64,000 nt of DNA from an uncultured Thermoplasmata archaeon. Lineage in GTDB: Archaea > Thermoplasmatota > Thermoplasmata > UBA10834. A program made the translations under genes and the position numbers. The stretch's first letter is position 1; each line of letters starts with the position of its first letter. Location of the stretch: assembly GCA_963748615.1 (NCBI GenBank), contig CAVVJQ010000003.1, forward strand, positions 194,258 through 258,257. Reading direction: 5' to 3'. The notes below the pieces were generated by a model, which did no database searches, was not told where the DNA came from, and saw nothing but the letters and a program-made list of their open reading frames with translations. Shown here piece by piece: positions 27,769 to 36,995 of this stretch.

Positions 27769-29322
27769 ATGCTGACAAAAGACTCATCGTTAGCAAAGGG
27801 CTTGCCAAAGACCACGGAGAGCCTGTGTCCGGAGTGTCTGTCTATCATCCAAGCGACCATCCGCGAAGATAACGGGAAGGTCATTATGGAGAAGACATGT
27901 CCGCAGCACGGCGATTTCAAGGACGTCGTCTGGTCAGATGCAAAGACATACCTGAGGGTCGAGAAGTGGGCAAAGGATGGGGTGGGAGTCATTGATCCTG
28001 CCATACCAAAGGCGAAGCAGTGCCCGTTCGATTGCGGCCTCTGCGATCTTCACCTCAGCCATACCGCGCTTGCCAATCTCGATCTCACGAACAGGTGCAA
28101 CCTGAAGTGTCCTATATGCTTCGCGAACGCCAATTCTGCAGGTTACGTGTACGAACCGGACTATGACACAGTCGTAAAAATGCTCGAGCTACTGCGATCG
28201 CAGCGACCGGTGCCATGCCCAGCAGTCCAATTCTCCGGCGGGGAACCGACGATCTATCCACACTTCTTCAAGGTCATAAAGGCCGCCAGGGACATGGGTT
28301 TCGCACAGGTCCAAGCTGCGACGAACGGGATAGAATTCGCAAAGAGTCTGGAATTCTGCAAGAAGGCGAGCGAGGCCGGTCTTAACACATTGTACCTACA
28401 ATTCGATGGGATGAGGTCTGAGATTTACGAAAGGGCAAGAGGCAAGGACCTACTCGCCACGAAGCAGAAGGTCGTTGAGAATTTCAGGCAGTTGTCAACG
28501 CACCCATCGATAGTGCTGGTTCCCACGATAGTCAAAGGGGTCAACGACGACCAGGTCTGGCCCATACTCGACTATGCGCTCAGGAACATGGACGTCATCA
28601 GGGGAGTCAACTACCAACCCGTCGCATTCACTGGCAGGATGACCCGTGAGGAATTGGTGGAGGGGAGATACACGCTCACCGACCTGATACACGATGTCGA
28701 GAAGCAGTCAGGTGGGAAGATCAAGGCGTCTGACTGGTACCCGGTCCCGACAGTCGTGGCGGTTTCCGAACTCGTCGGTGCCATCGCGGGGAGGGACATG
28801 GTCACATTCACGAACCACACGCACTGCGGACTCGCGACCTACCTATTCGTGAAGGACAATGAACATGTGGTCCCGCTCACGAAATTCATAGATGTCGATT
28901 CACTGTTCACAGAACTGTACGAGCTGGCGAGGAAGGCAAGCGGTAAGAAGGTCCAGTTGTTCACGAAGCTGAAGGCGTACAGCCTGATCAAGGAACACAT
29001 CAGGAAGGACCAGCTGCCCGAGGGCATGAACGTCATGGAGTTCCTGAACGTGCTGAAGCGGGTCTTCTCAGAGGACACGAAGAAGGGGTTGTCCAAGTTC
29101 AGCTGGAACATGATGTACGTCGGCGCGATGCACTTCATGGACTCGTACAACTATGACATCGAGAGGGTGAAAAGATGCAGCATACATTACACCACCCCTG
29201 ATATGAAGCTGATACCGTTCTGCGCCTACAACTCTGGCCCGGTGTACAGGACCGATGTGGAGAAGCGCTTCTCCACCCCATTGGACGAGTGGAGAAAGAA
29301 GCACGGTGATCAGTACACGTGA
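27769..29322 (+). CDS. tes: radical SAM tetraether lipid synthase (Tes / GDGT-MAS family)
   Basis: N-terminal zinc ribbon CPECLSII...CPQHGDF, CPFDCGLC, radical SAM CNLKCPICF, SGGEPT. About 517 aa, immediately followed by ferredoxin and GGR. Confidence 0.75.
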   Translation: MLTKDSSLAKGLPKTTESLCPECLSIIQATIREDNGKVIMEKTCPQHGDFKDVVWSDAKTYLRVEKWAKDGVGVIDPAIPKAKQCPFDCGLCDLHLSHTALANLDLTNRCNLKCPICFANANSAGYVYEPDYDTVVKMLELLRSQRPVPCPAVQFSGGEPTIYPHFFKVIKAARDMGFAQVQAATNGIEFAKSLEFCKKASEAGLNTLYLQFDGMRSEIYERARGKDLLATKQKVVENFRQLSTHPSIVLVPTIVKGVNDDQVWPILDYALRNMDVIRGVNYQPVAFTGRMTREELVEGRYTLTDLIHDVEKQSGGKIKASDWYPVPTVVAVSELVGAIAGRDMVTFTNHTHCGLATYLFVKDNEHVVPLTKFIDVDSLFTELYELARKASGKKVQLFTKLKAYSLIKEHIRKDQLPEGMNVMEFLNVLKRVFSEDTKKGLSKFSWNMMYVGAMHFMDSYNYDIERVKRCSIHYTTPDMKLIPFCAYNSGPVYRTDVEKRFSTPLDEWRKKHGDQYT

Positions 29323-29333
29323 GGTGATTATCT

Positions 29334-29531
29334 TTGAAGAAGGACCAACTCGATGAGTTCGAAGTCAACATAGACAAGTGCATGCACTGCGGCGCTTGCG
29401 TGGGCTCGTGCCCTCAGAATGCCATCTACCTCAGGGAGGTAGTGCTTGAATTCAATGATAGCTGCACCTTGTGCAAGAGGTGCATAAAGGCGTGCCCGGT
29501 CGGTGCGATCAAACTCGTGGAGAGTGCCTGA
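29334..29531 (+). CDS. 2x[4Fe-4S] ferredoxin
   Basis: CMHCGACVGSCP and CTLCKRCIKACP. Confidence 0.88.
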   Translation: MKKDQLDEFEVNIDKCMHCGACVGSCPQNAIYLREVVLEFNDSCTLCKRCIKACPVGAIKLVESA

Positions 29532-29532
29532 T

Positions 29533-30720
29533 ATGAAGCGAGACTATGACATTGTGATCGTGGGTGCGGGACCTGCAGGTTCCATGACTGCGAAGTGGGC
29601 AGCGAAGAATGGCGCTCGCGTCCTAATGGTGGAGAAACGTCAGGAGATCGGCTCGCCGGTCAGATGCGGTGAAGGGATCTCCAGGGCGTGGCACGACTCC
29701 GTCGGGCTCAAGCTGGATAAGAAGAGCGTGGCGTGGGAAGTCAAGGGCGCGAAACTCGTAGCACCCAACGGCACTCCGTTCTACTTGGGAGAGAAGATGG
29801 CGGGGGACGAGGTCGGCATCGTCATCGACCGTGTCTTCTTCGACAAGCAGCTTGCGAGAGATGCCATAAAGGCGGGCGCGGACCTTCAGCTCAAAGCTTC
29901 GGCGACCAAGCTCATCAAGGAAGGGGACAAGGTCGTGGGAGTGCACGTTAATTCGATGGATGGATCCCGAGATATAAGCTGCGGCTGCGTCGTCGCGGCC
30001 GATGGCTTCGAATCCCAGGTAGGCAGATGGGCAGGCATCGACACTAGCCTCGCGCCAAGGGACATCACCACCTGCTTCCAGTACAGACTCACAAACATCG
30101 ATATCGAGCACGAATACTGCGAATTCGTGCTGGGGAGCAAAGCGCCGGGAGGATACATCTGGCTGTTTCCGAAGAACGAAGATACCGCCAATGTCGGGAT
30201 CGGCATGCAGCTCACGAAGTTGCACGAGACAGCTGACGTCAAGAAGCATCTGGACAAGTTCATCCAAGGTGACCCCAGACTCAGGAAAGGGATGCCACTG
30301 GAGTTAGTCAGCGGTGCGGTTTCGATATGTGCTCCCATCGAGAAGACTATAGGCGATGGGGTCCTCATCGTGGGTGACGCTGCTAGACAGATCGACCCGA
30401 TCACCGGTGGCGGAATATCGAACTCATGCAAGTCGGGAAAGGTCGCAGGAGAGGTCCTTGCGAAAGCAACCCGAGAGAACGACTTCAGCGAGAAGTCGCT
30501 CATGCGATACGAGAACGGCTGGCGCAACCTGATCGAGAACCAGCTTTACAGGAACTGGCTCGCGAAGGAGAAGCTCGTCACCCTATCTGACGAGACTTTC
30601 GACAAGGTGATTGCGACATTGAATGAAGTGGGTGTGGAGAAGATGTCCACACTCGCGATACTGAAGGCGATAGAGGATAAGTATCCGGAACTCGTCAAGG
30701 AATTCCAGGAATTCCTCTGA
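29533..30720 (+). CDS. digeranylgeranylglycerophospholipid (geranylgeranyl) reductase, FAD-dependent
   Basis: MKRDYDIVIVGAGPAGS, RCGEG, PGGYIWLFPK, VGDAARQIDPITGGGI. ATG 29533 lies 1 nt after the ferredoxin stop. Confidence 0.88.
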   Translation: MKRDYDIVIVGAGPAGSMTAKWAAKNGARVLMVEKRQEIGSPVRCGEGISRAWHDSVGLKLDKKSVAWEVKGAKLVAPNGTPFYLGEKMAGDEVGIVIDRVFFDKQLARDAIKAGADLQLKASATKLIKEGDKVVGVHVNSMDGSRDISCGCVVAADGFESQVGRWAGIDTSLAPRDITTCFQYRLTNIDIEHEYCEFVLGSKAPGGYIWLFPKNEDTANVGIGMQLTKLHETADVKKHLDKFIQGDPRLRKGMPLELVSGAVSICAPIEKTIGDGVLIVGDAARQIDPITGGGISNSCKSGKVAGEVLAKATRENDFSEKSLMRYENGWRNLIENQLYRNWLAKEKLVTLSDETFDKVIATLNEVGVEKMSTLAILKAIEDKYPELVKEFQEFL

Positions 30721-30775
30721 TAAGACTACACATATACACTCACGACGGTTCGGATACAGGCGAAGGAGTGACCGG

Positions 30776-32329
30776 ATGAGATTGCTCGAACGCCTGACCG
30801 AGAATAGGCGGAACGTGGTCATAGTAGCGGGCTTGGTAATACTGCTCGCAGCTTCGATCAGATTCTATCATATCGGCTGGAGCTTCTCCAACAACGGAGT
30901 CGACGAGGGCGTCATGCTCCAGCGATCGCTGCTCATTGATTACGGGTTCGACCTCTACACAGAACTCCCCTGCGACCAGGCACCATTCGCATTCTACATC
31001 GGAGCGATATTCAGCGGAGATGTCGTCACACTTCGCTCATTGGAGGTGGCGCTATCAATATTCGCGATACTCGCATGTATGGTCGTGGCCAGGAGGATCA
31101 GCGGGGACATCGCCATGCTCGCAACCGGACTATTCCTTGCGGTCGACTTCGCGTTCCTTCGGGAGTCGCGGTTGTACTCACTCGATGGGATGGCCAGTTA
31201 CTTCCTTGCGTTCTCGTTCTTGGCCCTTGTATACTACATACAGAAGGAGAGCAGATGGGCCCTTGCCGCCGGAGGTCTGCTGATGGGGGTATCCGCTTCC
31301 GTGAAGCTCTTGGGCGCTTTCGGGGTCTTGGGCGTCCTCCTATTCTTCACCTTCGAGGCGATCAAGGAGAGATCCCTCGGCTCGAAGAGGGTCGTGGACA
31401 TGGCGCTGTTCCTCTCAACATCCGTATTGCCCTTGGTTCTTTTCCTGGCGGTCCTGGACACATCGGCGATGCTCCAGGGAATGATATTCAATCAGTCCCA
31501 CAGGGATTTCGAACCGTTCCTGAAGATAGCGATCCTGGCATACCTCGGTTTGAACCTATCGTACATACTCCCGTTCATCTACGCGCGCAGCTTATGGTCT
31601 GCAGGGCGAGAGATACGTCTGCTGATGGTCGTCTCCGCGGTTCTGCTGCTTCTGATGATATTCCAACCATTGGTGTTCTTCCACCACCTGGTCCTGATGA
31701 GTCCTTCCCTCGCCATACTTGCGGGTGTAGTGACTGCCGAGACCGTCAAGACCAAAAAAGGCGTCAAAAGGAGGACCAACCTCGGAAAGATGCTTAAAAA
31801 GAACACCGCGATGAGACGCTTCGCGGCAGCCGTCATACTCATGGACGTGGTCGCATCAGCAGGTCTAGCGTTCTACGGTATCGCCGCCCAGGGAGAGCCG
31901 TCTGAGATAACTTATGCGGAGATGCTACGTGACATAACGGATAGCATCGAGAACCTAACAGGCAACGACACATGGGTGATCTGCGGCGACCCGTTGATCG
32001 CGACCCAGGCCGGTGCGCTCACACCACCACAGGTCGCCAACGTCGCATATAGACGATATCCGCAACTCACATTAGACGATGTGACGAACGCGATAGACGA
32101 ATACGATGTTTCCGTGGTGGTCGTATGCTTCCGCCTGAAGGACATAGGAGGACTGACAGCATACCTTCGAGAGAACAACTACTCGATGATATTGCCCAAG
32201 TACATCGGTAGCGGAAACGACACCGTGCTGGACCTCTTCGAGGACAGCATAGACCCGGTATACTTCTACATCAAGAACGATCTCGCATTCGCGCTCGATA
32301 TACCTGTCCTGATGAGGATCAAGCCTTAG
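30776..32329 (+). CDS. GT-C fold membrane glycosyltransferase (GT39/ArnT/PMT-like)
   Basis: The N-terminal two-thirds is polytopic (more than 10 hydrophobic helices) with an early-loop DEGV motif after IRFYHIGWSF. Soluble C-terminal domain. Confidence 0.6.
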   Translation: MRLLERLTENRRNVVIVAGLVILLAASIRFYHIGWSFSNNGVDEGVMLQRSLLIDYGFDLYTELPCDQAPFAFYIGAIFSGDVVTLRSLEVALSIFAILACMVVARRISGDIAMLATGLFLAVDFAFLRESRLYSLDGMASYFLAFSFLALVYYIQKESRWALAAGGLLMGVSASVKLLGAFGVLGVLLFFTFEAIKERSLGSKRVVDMALFLSTSVLPLVLFLAVLDTSAMLQGMIFNQSHRDFEPFLKIAILAYLGLNLSYILPFIYARSLWSAGREIRLLMVVSAVLLLLMIFQPLVFFHHLVLMSPSLAILAGVVTAETVKTKKGVKRRTNLGKMLKKNTAMRRFAAAVILMDVVASAGLAFYGIAAQGEPSEITYAEMLRDITDSIENLTGNDTWVICGDPLIATQAGALTPPQVANVAYRRYPQLTLDDVTNAIDEYDVSVVVVCFRLKDIGGLTAYLRENNYSMILPKYIGSGNDTVLDLFEDSIDPVYFYIKNDLAFALDIPVLMRIKP

Positions 32330-33527
32330 GTTTGAACGTCATCTCCTTTGAGAAGGTCCACAGGGAGTTCGCGAAGAAGTTGAATGTGCTGACCAGGAAG
32401 ATCACTATCACTTGGGCGAGCAGGAGATACACGCTGGCCTTGTCTTGACCGATCCCGATCGCTGGGAATACGCTCTCCACGAACAGATACAACAGGATCA
32501 GGTTCAGCATGAGGCCATCGAGACTGACCAACAGGAACTGGGGATACTGTATGCGTATCTTGCCCTTCGATCGGAAAGTCCACCACCGATTCCAGATGAA
32601 ATTGTTGGTGTCCGCGATGACGAACGCGATTGCCTCCGCCAGAAGATAGTAGAGCATGAACAGCTCGACGCCGGCCCACAGGATCGCAAGGTTGATGACC
32701 GTGCCGATCCCGCCCACGAAGGCGAACTTTATGTACCTCGCGAGCCAGGGTTTCTTGTGCTCGTAGAGCTTGATGCAGTGATCGATGTACTTCAGGGTGA
32801 CCGAAGTCCCCAGTTTGCTCTTGCCAGCCTTCCTATCTGCGAATGTGATCGGAACCTCGTCGACCTTCTTGATCCTTCCCTTGACGAGTATCTCAAGGGC
32901 GATCTTGTAACCGATAGGGTTCAGCTCGACCCCATCTATCACTTCGCGTTTGATGGCGAAGAAGCCCGACATCGGATCCTTCACCTTGGTCAGGCCCTTG
33001 GCCAGGAGGGTAGCACACTTGGATATCATGCGTCTGTGGAAGGGCCAGTTCTCCACCATTCCACCCTTTATGTACCTGCTCCCGATGACCATGTCAGCAT
33101 TCTCGTCGACCAATTTCGCGATCATCGCGGGTATCTTCTCTGGGGGATGGCTGAGGTCTGCGTCCATGACCACGAGAATCTCGCCCTTCGCAGCATCGAA
33201 TCCCTCGAGCACGGCGGTGGAGAGGCCGAGCTTGCCTGCTCGGTGTATCACCTTGACATCGTACTTCTTCCCCAGGTCATCGGCCAACTGGCCAGTGCCG
33301 TCCGGGCTGTTGTCATCTACAATGACCATCTCGACCTCGATGCCCGATGTCGAGCACGCAACGTTGGTTCTCCTGACCAGTTCCTCGACATTGTCCCGTT
33401 CATTGTATGTCGGGACTATCACGGAGATCGTATTGGTTCCCCCCTGAGCCGAAGCCGTCTCTTGTAGATTAATGATGCTACAATGCTCACAGAGATCACT
33501 ATCAGGACCGCCGCGATGGCGACCCAT
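32319..33527 (-). CDS. polyprenyl-phosphate mannose/glucose synthase (GT2, Dpm1-like) fused to a GtrA-like membrane domain
   Basis: ISVIVPTYNERDNVEELV, VIVDDNSPDGTG, VVMDADLSHPP; C-terminal FAFVGGIGTVINLAILW GtrA-like helices. Start ambiguous: ATG 33527 overlaps dedA by 109 nt, while GTG 33422 forms a GTGA overlap with the dedA stop. Confidence 0.8.
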   Translation of the reverse strand: MGRHRGGPDSDLCEHCSIINLQETASAQGGTNTISVIVPTYNERDNVEELVRRTNVACSTSGIEVEMVIVDDNSPDGTGQLADDLGKKYDVKVIHRAGKLGLSTAVLEGFDAAKGEILVVMDADLSHPPEKIPAMIAKLVDENADMVIGSRYIKGGMVENWPFHRRMISKCATLLAKGLTKVKDPMSGFFAIKREVIDGVELNPIGYKIALEILVKGRIKKVDEVPITFADRKAGKSKLGTSVTLKYIDHCIKLYEHKKPWLARYIKFAFVGGIGTVINLAILWAGVELFMLYYLLAEAIAFVIADTNNFIWNRWWTFRSKGKIRIQYPQFLLVSLDGLMLNLILLYLFVESVFPAIGIGQDKASVYLLLAQVIVIFLVSTFNFFANSLWTFSKEMTFKPKA

Positions 33528-33964
33528 GTGGCGAGGTCCGCCCTCAGGTTGTCATAACTGAGCCATGACAGGACCACAACGACCGATGACTTGGCAACCG
33601 CTCCGATGAATATGAAGACTGCGCATTTCCTTATGTTCCAGCCGCACACGGCCATGAACGCACCGGTATACGGGACGACCGGCGCAAGTCGGTTCAATAA
33701 CAGCAATCGCTCGTCCTTTACAATGAGGAAATCCGTGTATTGTTTCATCCTCTTCTCGATCCAATGAGGCAATCTCGCGAACTTGACCAGAGAATACAAC
33801 AGAAAGTTCCCGCAAAGGCTGGAGACGCTAGACACGATGACGATCATGACACCCCATACGAAGGAATCCGAGTGAGCACCGAATATGAAGACGGTCCATA
33901 TCTCAGGCAGTGTCGGGAAACCCGTACCATCTATCAATATGATCGATGCGATGGCGAGGAGCAT
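33419..33964 (-). CDS. DedA/VTT-domain membrane protein
   Basis: FPTLPEIWTVFIFG..., LLLNRLAPVVPYTGAFMAVCGW pattern of DedA/SNARE-associated proteins. Confidence 0.6.
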   Translation of the reverse strand: MLLAIASIILIDGTGFPTLPEIWTVFIFGAHSDSFVWGVMIVIVSSVSSLCGNFLLYSLVKFARLPHWIEKRMKQYTDFLIVKDERLLLLNRLAPVVPYTGAFMAVCGWNIRKCAVFIFIGAVAKSSVVVVLSWLSYDNLRADLATWVAIAAVLIVISVSIVASLIYKRRLRLRGEPIRSP

Positions 33965-34004
33965 CCCGGGATCACCCAGGGATGAGAAGGTATTGATGAT
34001 ATCC

Positions 34005-35051
34005 TCACCTATCAGCCCTGATACCTCCTTCAGCCAGTTCCTCGTACATCTCCTTGAGCATCTTGGCGCACTTCTTTATGTCATGCTCCTCTGCGAGGGA
34101 TTTCGCGCCGGTCACCAGCCCCTCACTCAGCACCGGGTCATCGAGGATCTGCTCCAGCTTCGACACGAACTCCTCATCTGTCTTGGCCTTCAGGCAGTGC
34201 GTGCCGTCCTTGACCCATTCCTCATAGACAGGTATGTCTCTGATCAGCAACGGACAGCCGCAGCTGGCCCCCTCTAGCATGACATTGCCATAGCTCTCGG
34301 CTCTGGTAGGGAACACGAACACGTCCGCAGCGGAGTAGACCCCTACTATGTCCTCGAAGGGGACGTGCCCAACGAAGGATACTCGACCGGTTGATCTCTC
34401 GTCGAGAGCATCCTCCAAAAGCACTTCGGATCCGCCGACCCATACGAACTTCACATCCGGTCTGTGAGCCATCCGAGAGGACATAGATACGAAAGTGTCG
34501 ACTCCCTTTCTGGGGATGCGCAGGCCCACACTGACCACTAGCTTCTCATCGGGCTTGACGCCCCAACGCTCCCTGAAGACTGCACCCCTTTCAGGATCTC
34601 TCACGAACACTTCCCTGTTGATTCCGTTCGGAATGATCCTGAAAGGTCCCTTAACTCCGTCTCGGGAGAGCGATTTTGCCACATAAGGCGTCGCACCCAG
34701 GACAATGTCGCCCAGGTTGTAGAAGAGCACTGAATAGGCGCGGACGAAAGGATAGAACAGCGAACCCCCGACGAAACCGCCCTTGACCAGCTCAGGCAGG
34801 TGCCGGCCATGTACGACCAGGGGTTTTCCAGATATCTTTCTCTTGATCGCCCAGAGAAACGAGTTTGGCAGAGGACTGTGTATGTGAAGGACGTCATAGT
34901 CCTCCTCCGGCTTGTTCAACACAACCCTACACCCTAGCTTCTCGAGTTCCCTCGCAACCATCGGTGCGTTCGTTCCCATCCCGCCAGGGTTCTTGTAGGG
35001 TATGATGCCCTTGTAGGATTCGAGCTCAGTGAGCATGCATACTGACACCAT
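34005..35051 (-). CDS. glycosyltransferase family 4 (GT-B, group 1)
   Basis: VLHIHSPLP, FVFPTRAESYGNVMLEGASCGCPLLIRD (E-x7-E region). Confidence 0.82.
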   Translation of the reverse strand: MVSVCMLTELESYKGIIPYKNPGGMGTNAPMVARELEKLGCRVVLNKPEEDYDVLHIHSPLPNSFLWAIKRKISGKPLVVHGRHLPELVKGGFVGGSLFYPFVRAYSVLFYNLGDIVLGATPYVAKSLSRDGVKGPFRIIPNGINREVFVRDPERGAVFRERWGVKPDEKLVVSVGLRIPRKGVDTFVSMSSRMAHRPDVKFVWVGGSEVLLEDALDERSTGRVSFVGHVPFEDIVGVYSAADVFVFPTRAESYGNVMLEGASCGCPLLIRDIPVYEEWVKDGTHCLKAKTDEEFVSKLEQILDDPVLSEGLVTGAKSLAEEHDIKKCAKMLKEMYEELAEGGIRADR

Positions 35052-35214
35052 TTGAGATCCGACCTGAGAGTGATCAGGGGCAGTTAGTCGCGCACCCCAG
35101 TGCCGCGAACATCTGTCTGCGTGGATAAATAAATAACCCAGATGACCGAGCGCAATCGCGTCGAGGAAACGAGGAGGGCCAGTTCATTTCAAGAAACGTA
35201 TTTATAGATAACCG

Positions 35215-35676
35215 ATGCTCGACGGCTCCGTGGAGAAGAAGACGATGGCGACCTATGCATTGATGTTCGCAATAGGCACGTTCATACTGTGGGGTACAAC
35301 TAACTTTCTGATAGGTTATGGTGAGAAGAACCAGAAGATCGACCCCAACCTGTTCACCGCGATAATGTGGATGGCTATGGGCGCATTGGGAGTCACCCTC
35401 TTCGCGTACATCTGGTTGACGGGCAAGTACGAATCGATCGATACGAAGATCGTGTTCCCCATCGCCGCAGGCACATGCCTGGGCATCGGCCTCCTGTCAT
35501 TCGTCTACGCGATGTCGCACTCGGACATGGGCACGGGAGCGACCGCAGCCATAGCCACATCGAATGCGGTCTTCACGACCATGCTCGCATTGATCTTTCT
35601 CAGGGAGCAGCTGAGCATGAAGGAATGGATCGGCATCGGAACCGTCGTGCTCGGGATAATAATCCTGAGGTTCTAG
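35215..35676 (+). CDS. small DMT-superfamily (single EamA domain) transporter
   Basis: 153 aa, about 5 TM helices, ends ..KEWIGIGTVVLGIIILRF as typical for EamA. Overlaps the hutI stop by 4 nt (convergent). Confidence 0.55.
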   Translation: MLDGSVEKKTMATYALMFAIGTFILWGTTNFLIGYGEKNQKIDPNLFTAIMWMAMGALGVTLFAYIWLTGKYESIDTKIVFPIAAGTCLGIGLLSFVYAMSHSDMGTGATAAIATSNAVFTTMLALIFLREQLSMKEWIGIGTVVLGIIILRF

Positions 35677-36965
35677 GATTGCATTCCAGCATCCTTCCGC
35701 CATACGACCTTGCCATTCTTCATCACGAGTGAGCATAGGTTGGTGCCGAATCGGTATGGCATATGGGCGTATGATGGCACATCCATGATCACGATATCCG
35801 CCCTCTTCCCGTGCTCCAGCGACCCTATCCGTTTCTCAAGCCCGATCGCAGCTGCGGCATTGATCGTGGCAGCGGTGATGGATTCCTCTGGAGTCATTCG
35901 CATCTGATAACATGCGAGGGCAATGGTGAATTGCATTGATTCATTCCAGCAGTTCGGATTCATATCCGTGCCGAGCGCTATCGGCAGTCCCAGATCGATC
36001 AATCTCCGCGCATCCGCATAGATGCCGGTCATCGATGTGAAGGGCGTGCCTGGCAGCATCACCCCGATGACGTCCTTCCGGGCCATCGCCATTATTCCAT
36101 CATCCGATGGCTTCGCCAGATGCTCCGCCGAGACCGCGCCGCACTCCGCCGCGAGCTCGGCACCCCCGGTGGTAACGAACTCGTCCGCATGGACCTTCAG
36201 ACCGAGTCCAAGGTCCTTGGCTGCCAGAAGGACCCTGCGCGACTGGTCCACATCGAACACTCCACGTTCGCAGAAGACATCGCAGTACTTGGCCAGAGAA
36301 CGCTTCGCGACCTCTGGCAACACATCGTCGACAACGAATGAGATGTAATCATCGGGCCTTCCTTCGAATTCTGGCGGTACGGAATGGGCGCCCAGGAACG
36401 TAGGGACGATGTCGACAGGGTATGCCTGGTCGAGCTTCCGGGTCGTCTCCAGAATACGGAGCTCCACTTCCCTGTCAAGGCCATATCCCGATTTCGCTTC
36501 GATCGTCGTAGATCCGTGAGCGATCATCGACTCCAGCCGTCTAGCAGATTGAGAGAACAATTCAGCCTCAGATGCGGCCCTGGTGTCCTTGACGGTCCGT
36601 GATATGCCACCACCCATCGATAGGATCTCCAGGTACGATTTCCCCTTCAGCTTCAGCGCAAGTTCGAACTCACGCGATCCCGCGAACACGAGGTGAGTGT
36701 GGGGGTCTATAAGGCCAGGCATGACGACCTTATCGGATGCATCAATCATCTCCATCCCTGTGGCACCATACTTCCGGAGTACTGTCTCGGAGCGACCGAC
36801 ATCCACCACGATGCCATCGGATACGACCACGGCTCCATCTTGGATTATGGATAGATCGGCCATCTCAGCACGGGTCCTAGACCTCTTCGGCCCCCTCAGC
36901 GTGAGAAGCTCTGACGCATGCATGATGATTGTATCTTCGCCCATCCTGACCATCGCAGTAATCAT
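35673..36965 (-). CDS. hutI: imidazolonepropionase-type amidohydrolase
   Basis: PGLIDPHTHLVFAGSRE.E, GGGI..TV..TR, KVHADE, GTDMNPN, RADIVI; full-length match to the HutI pattern. Confidence 0.8.
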   Translation of the reverse strand: MITAMVRMGEDTIIMHASELLTLRGPKRSRTRAEMADLSIIQDGAVVVSDGIVVDVGRSETVLRKYGATGMEMIDASDKVVMPGLIDPHTHLVFAGSREFELALKLKGKSYLEILSMGGGISRTVKDTRAASEAELFSQSARRLESMIAHGSTTIEAKSGYGLDREVELRILETTRKLDQAYPVDIVPTFLGAHSVPPEFEGRPDDYISFVVDDVLPEVAKRSLAKYCDVFCERGVFDVDQSRRVLLAAKDLGLGLKVHADEFVTTGGAELAAECGAVSAEHLAKPSDDGIMAMARKDVIGVMLPGTPFTSMTGIYADARRLIDLGLPIALGTDMNPNCWNESMQFTIALACYQMRMTPEESITAATINAAAAIGLEKRIGSLEHGKRADIVIMDVPSYAHMPYRFGTNLCSLVMKNGKVVWRKDAGMQS

Positions 36966-36995
36966 GGTCGGTGCCTATAAGAGAATCGGATGGGC

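Noticed and set aside
32412-33467. 351-aa plus-strand ORF
   Set aside because: It is antisense to the Dpm1-GtrA gene, which has strong GT2 motifs. The product is low-complexity and D/L/H-rich.
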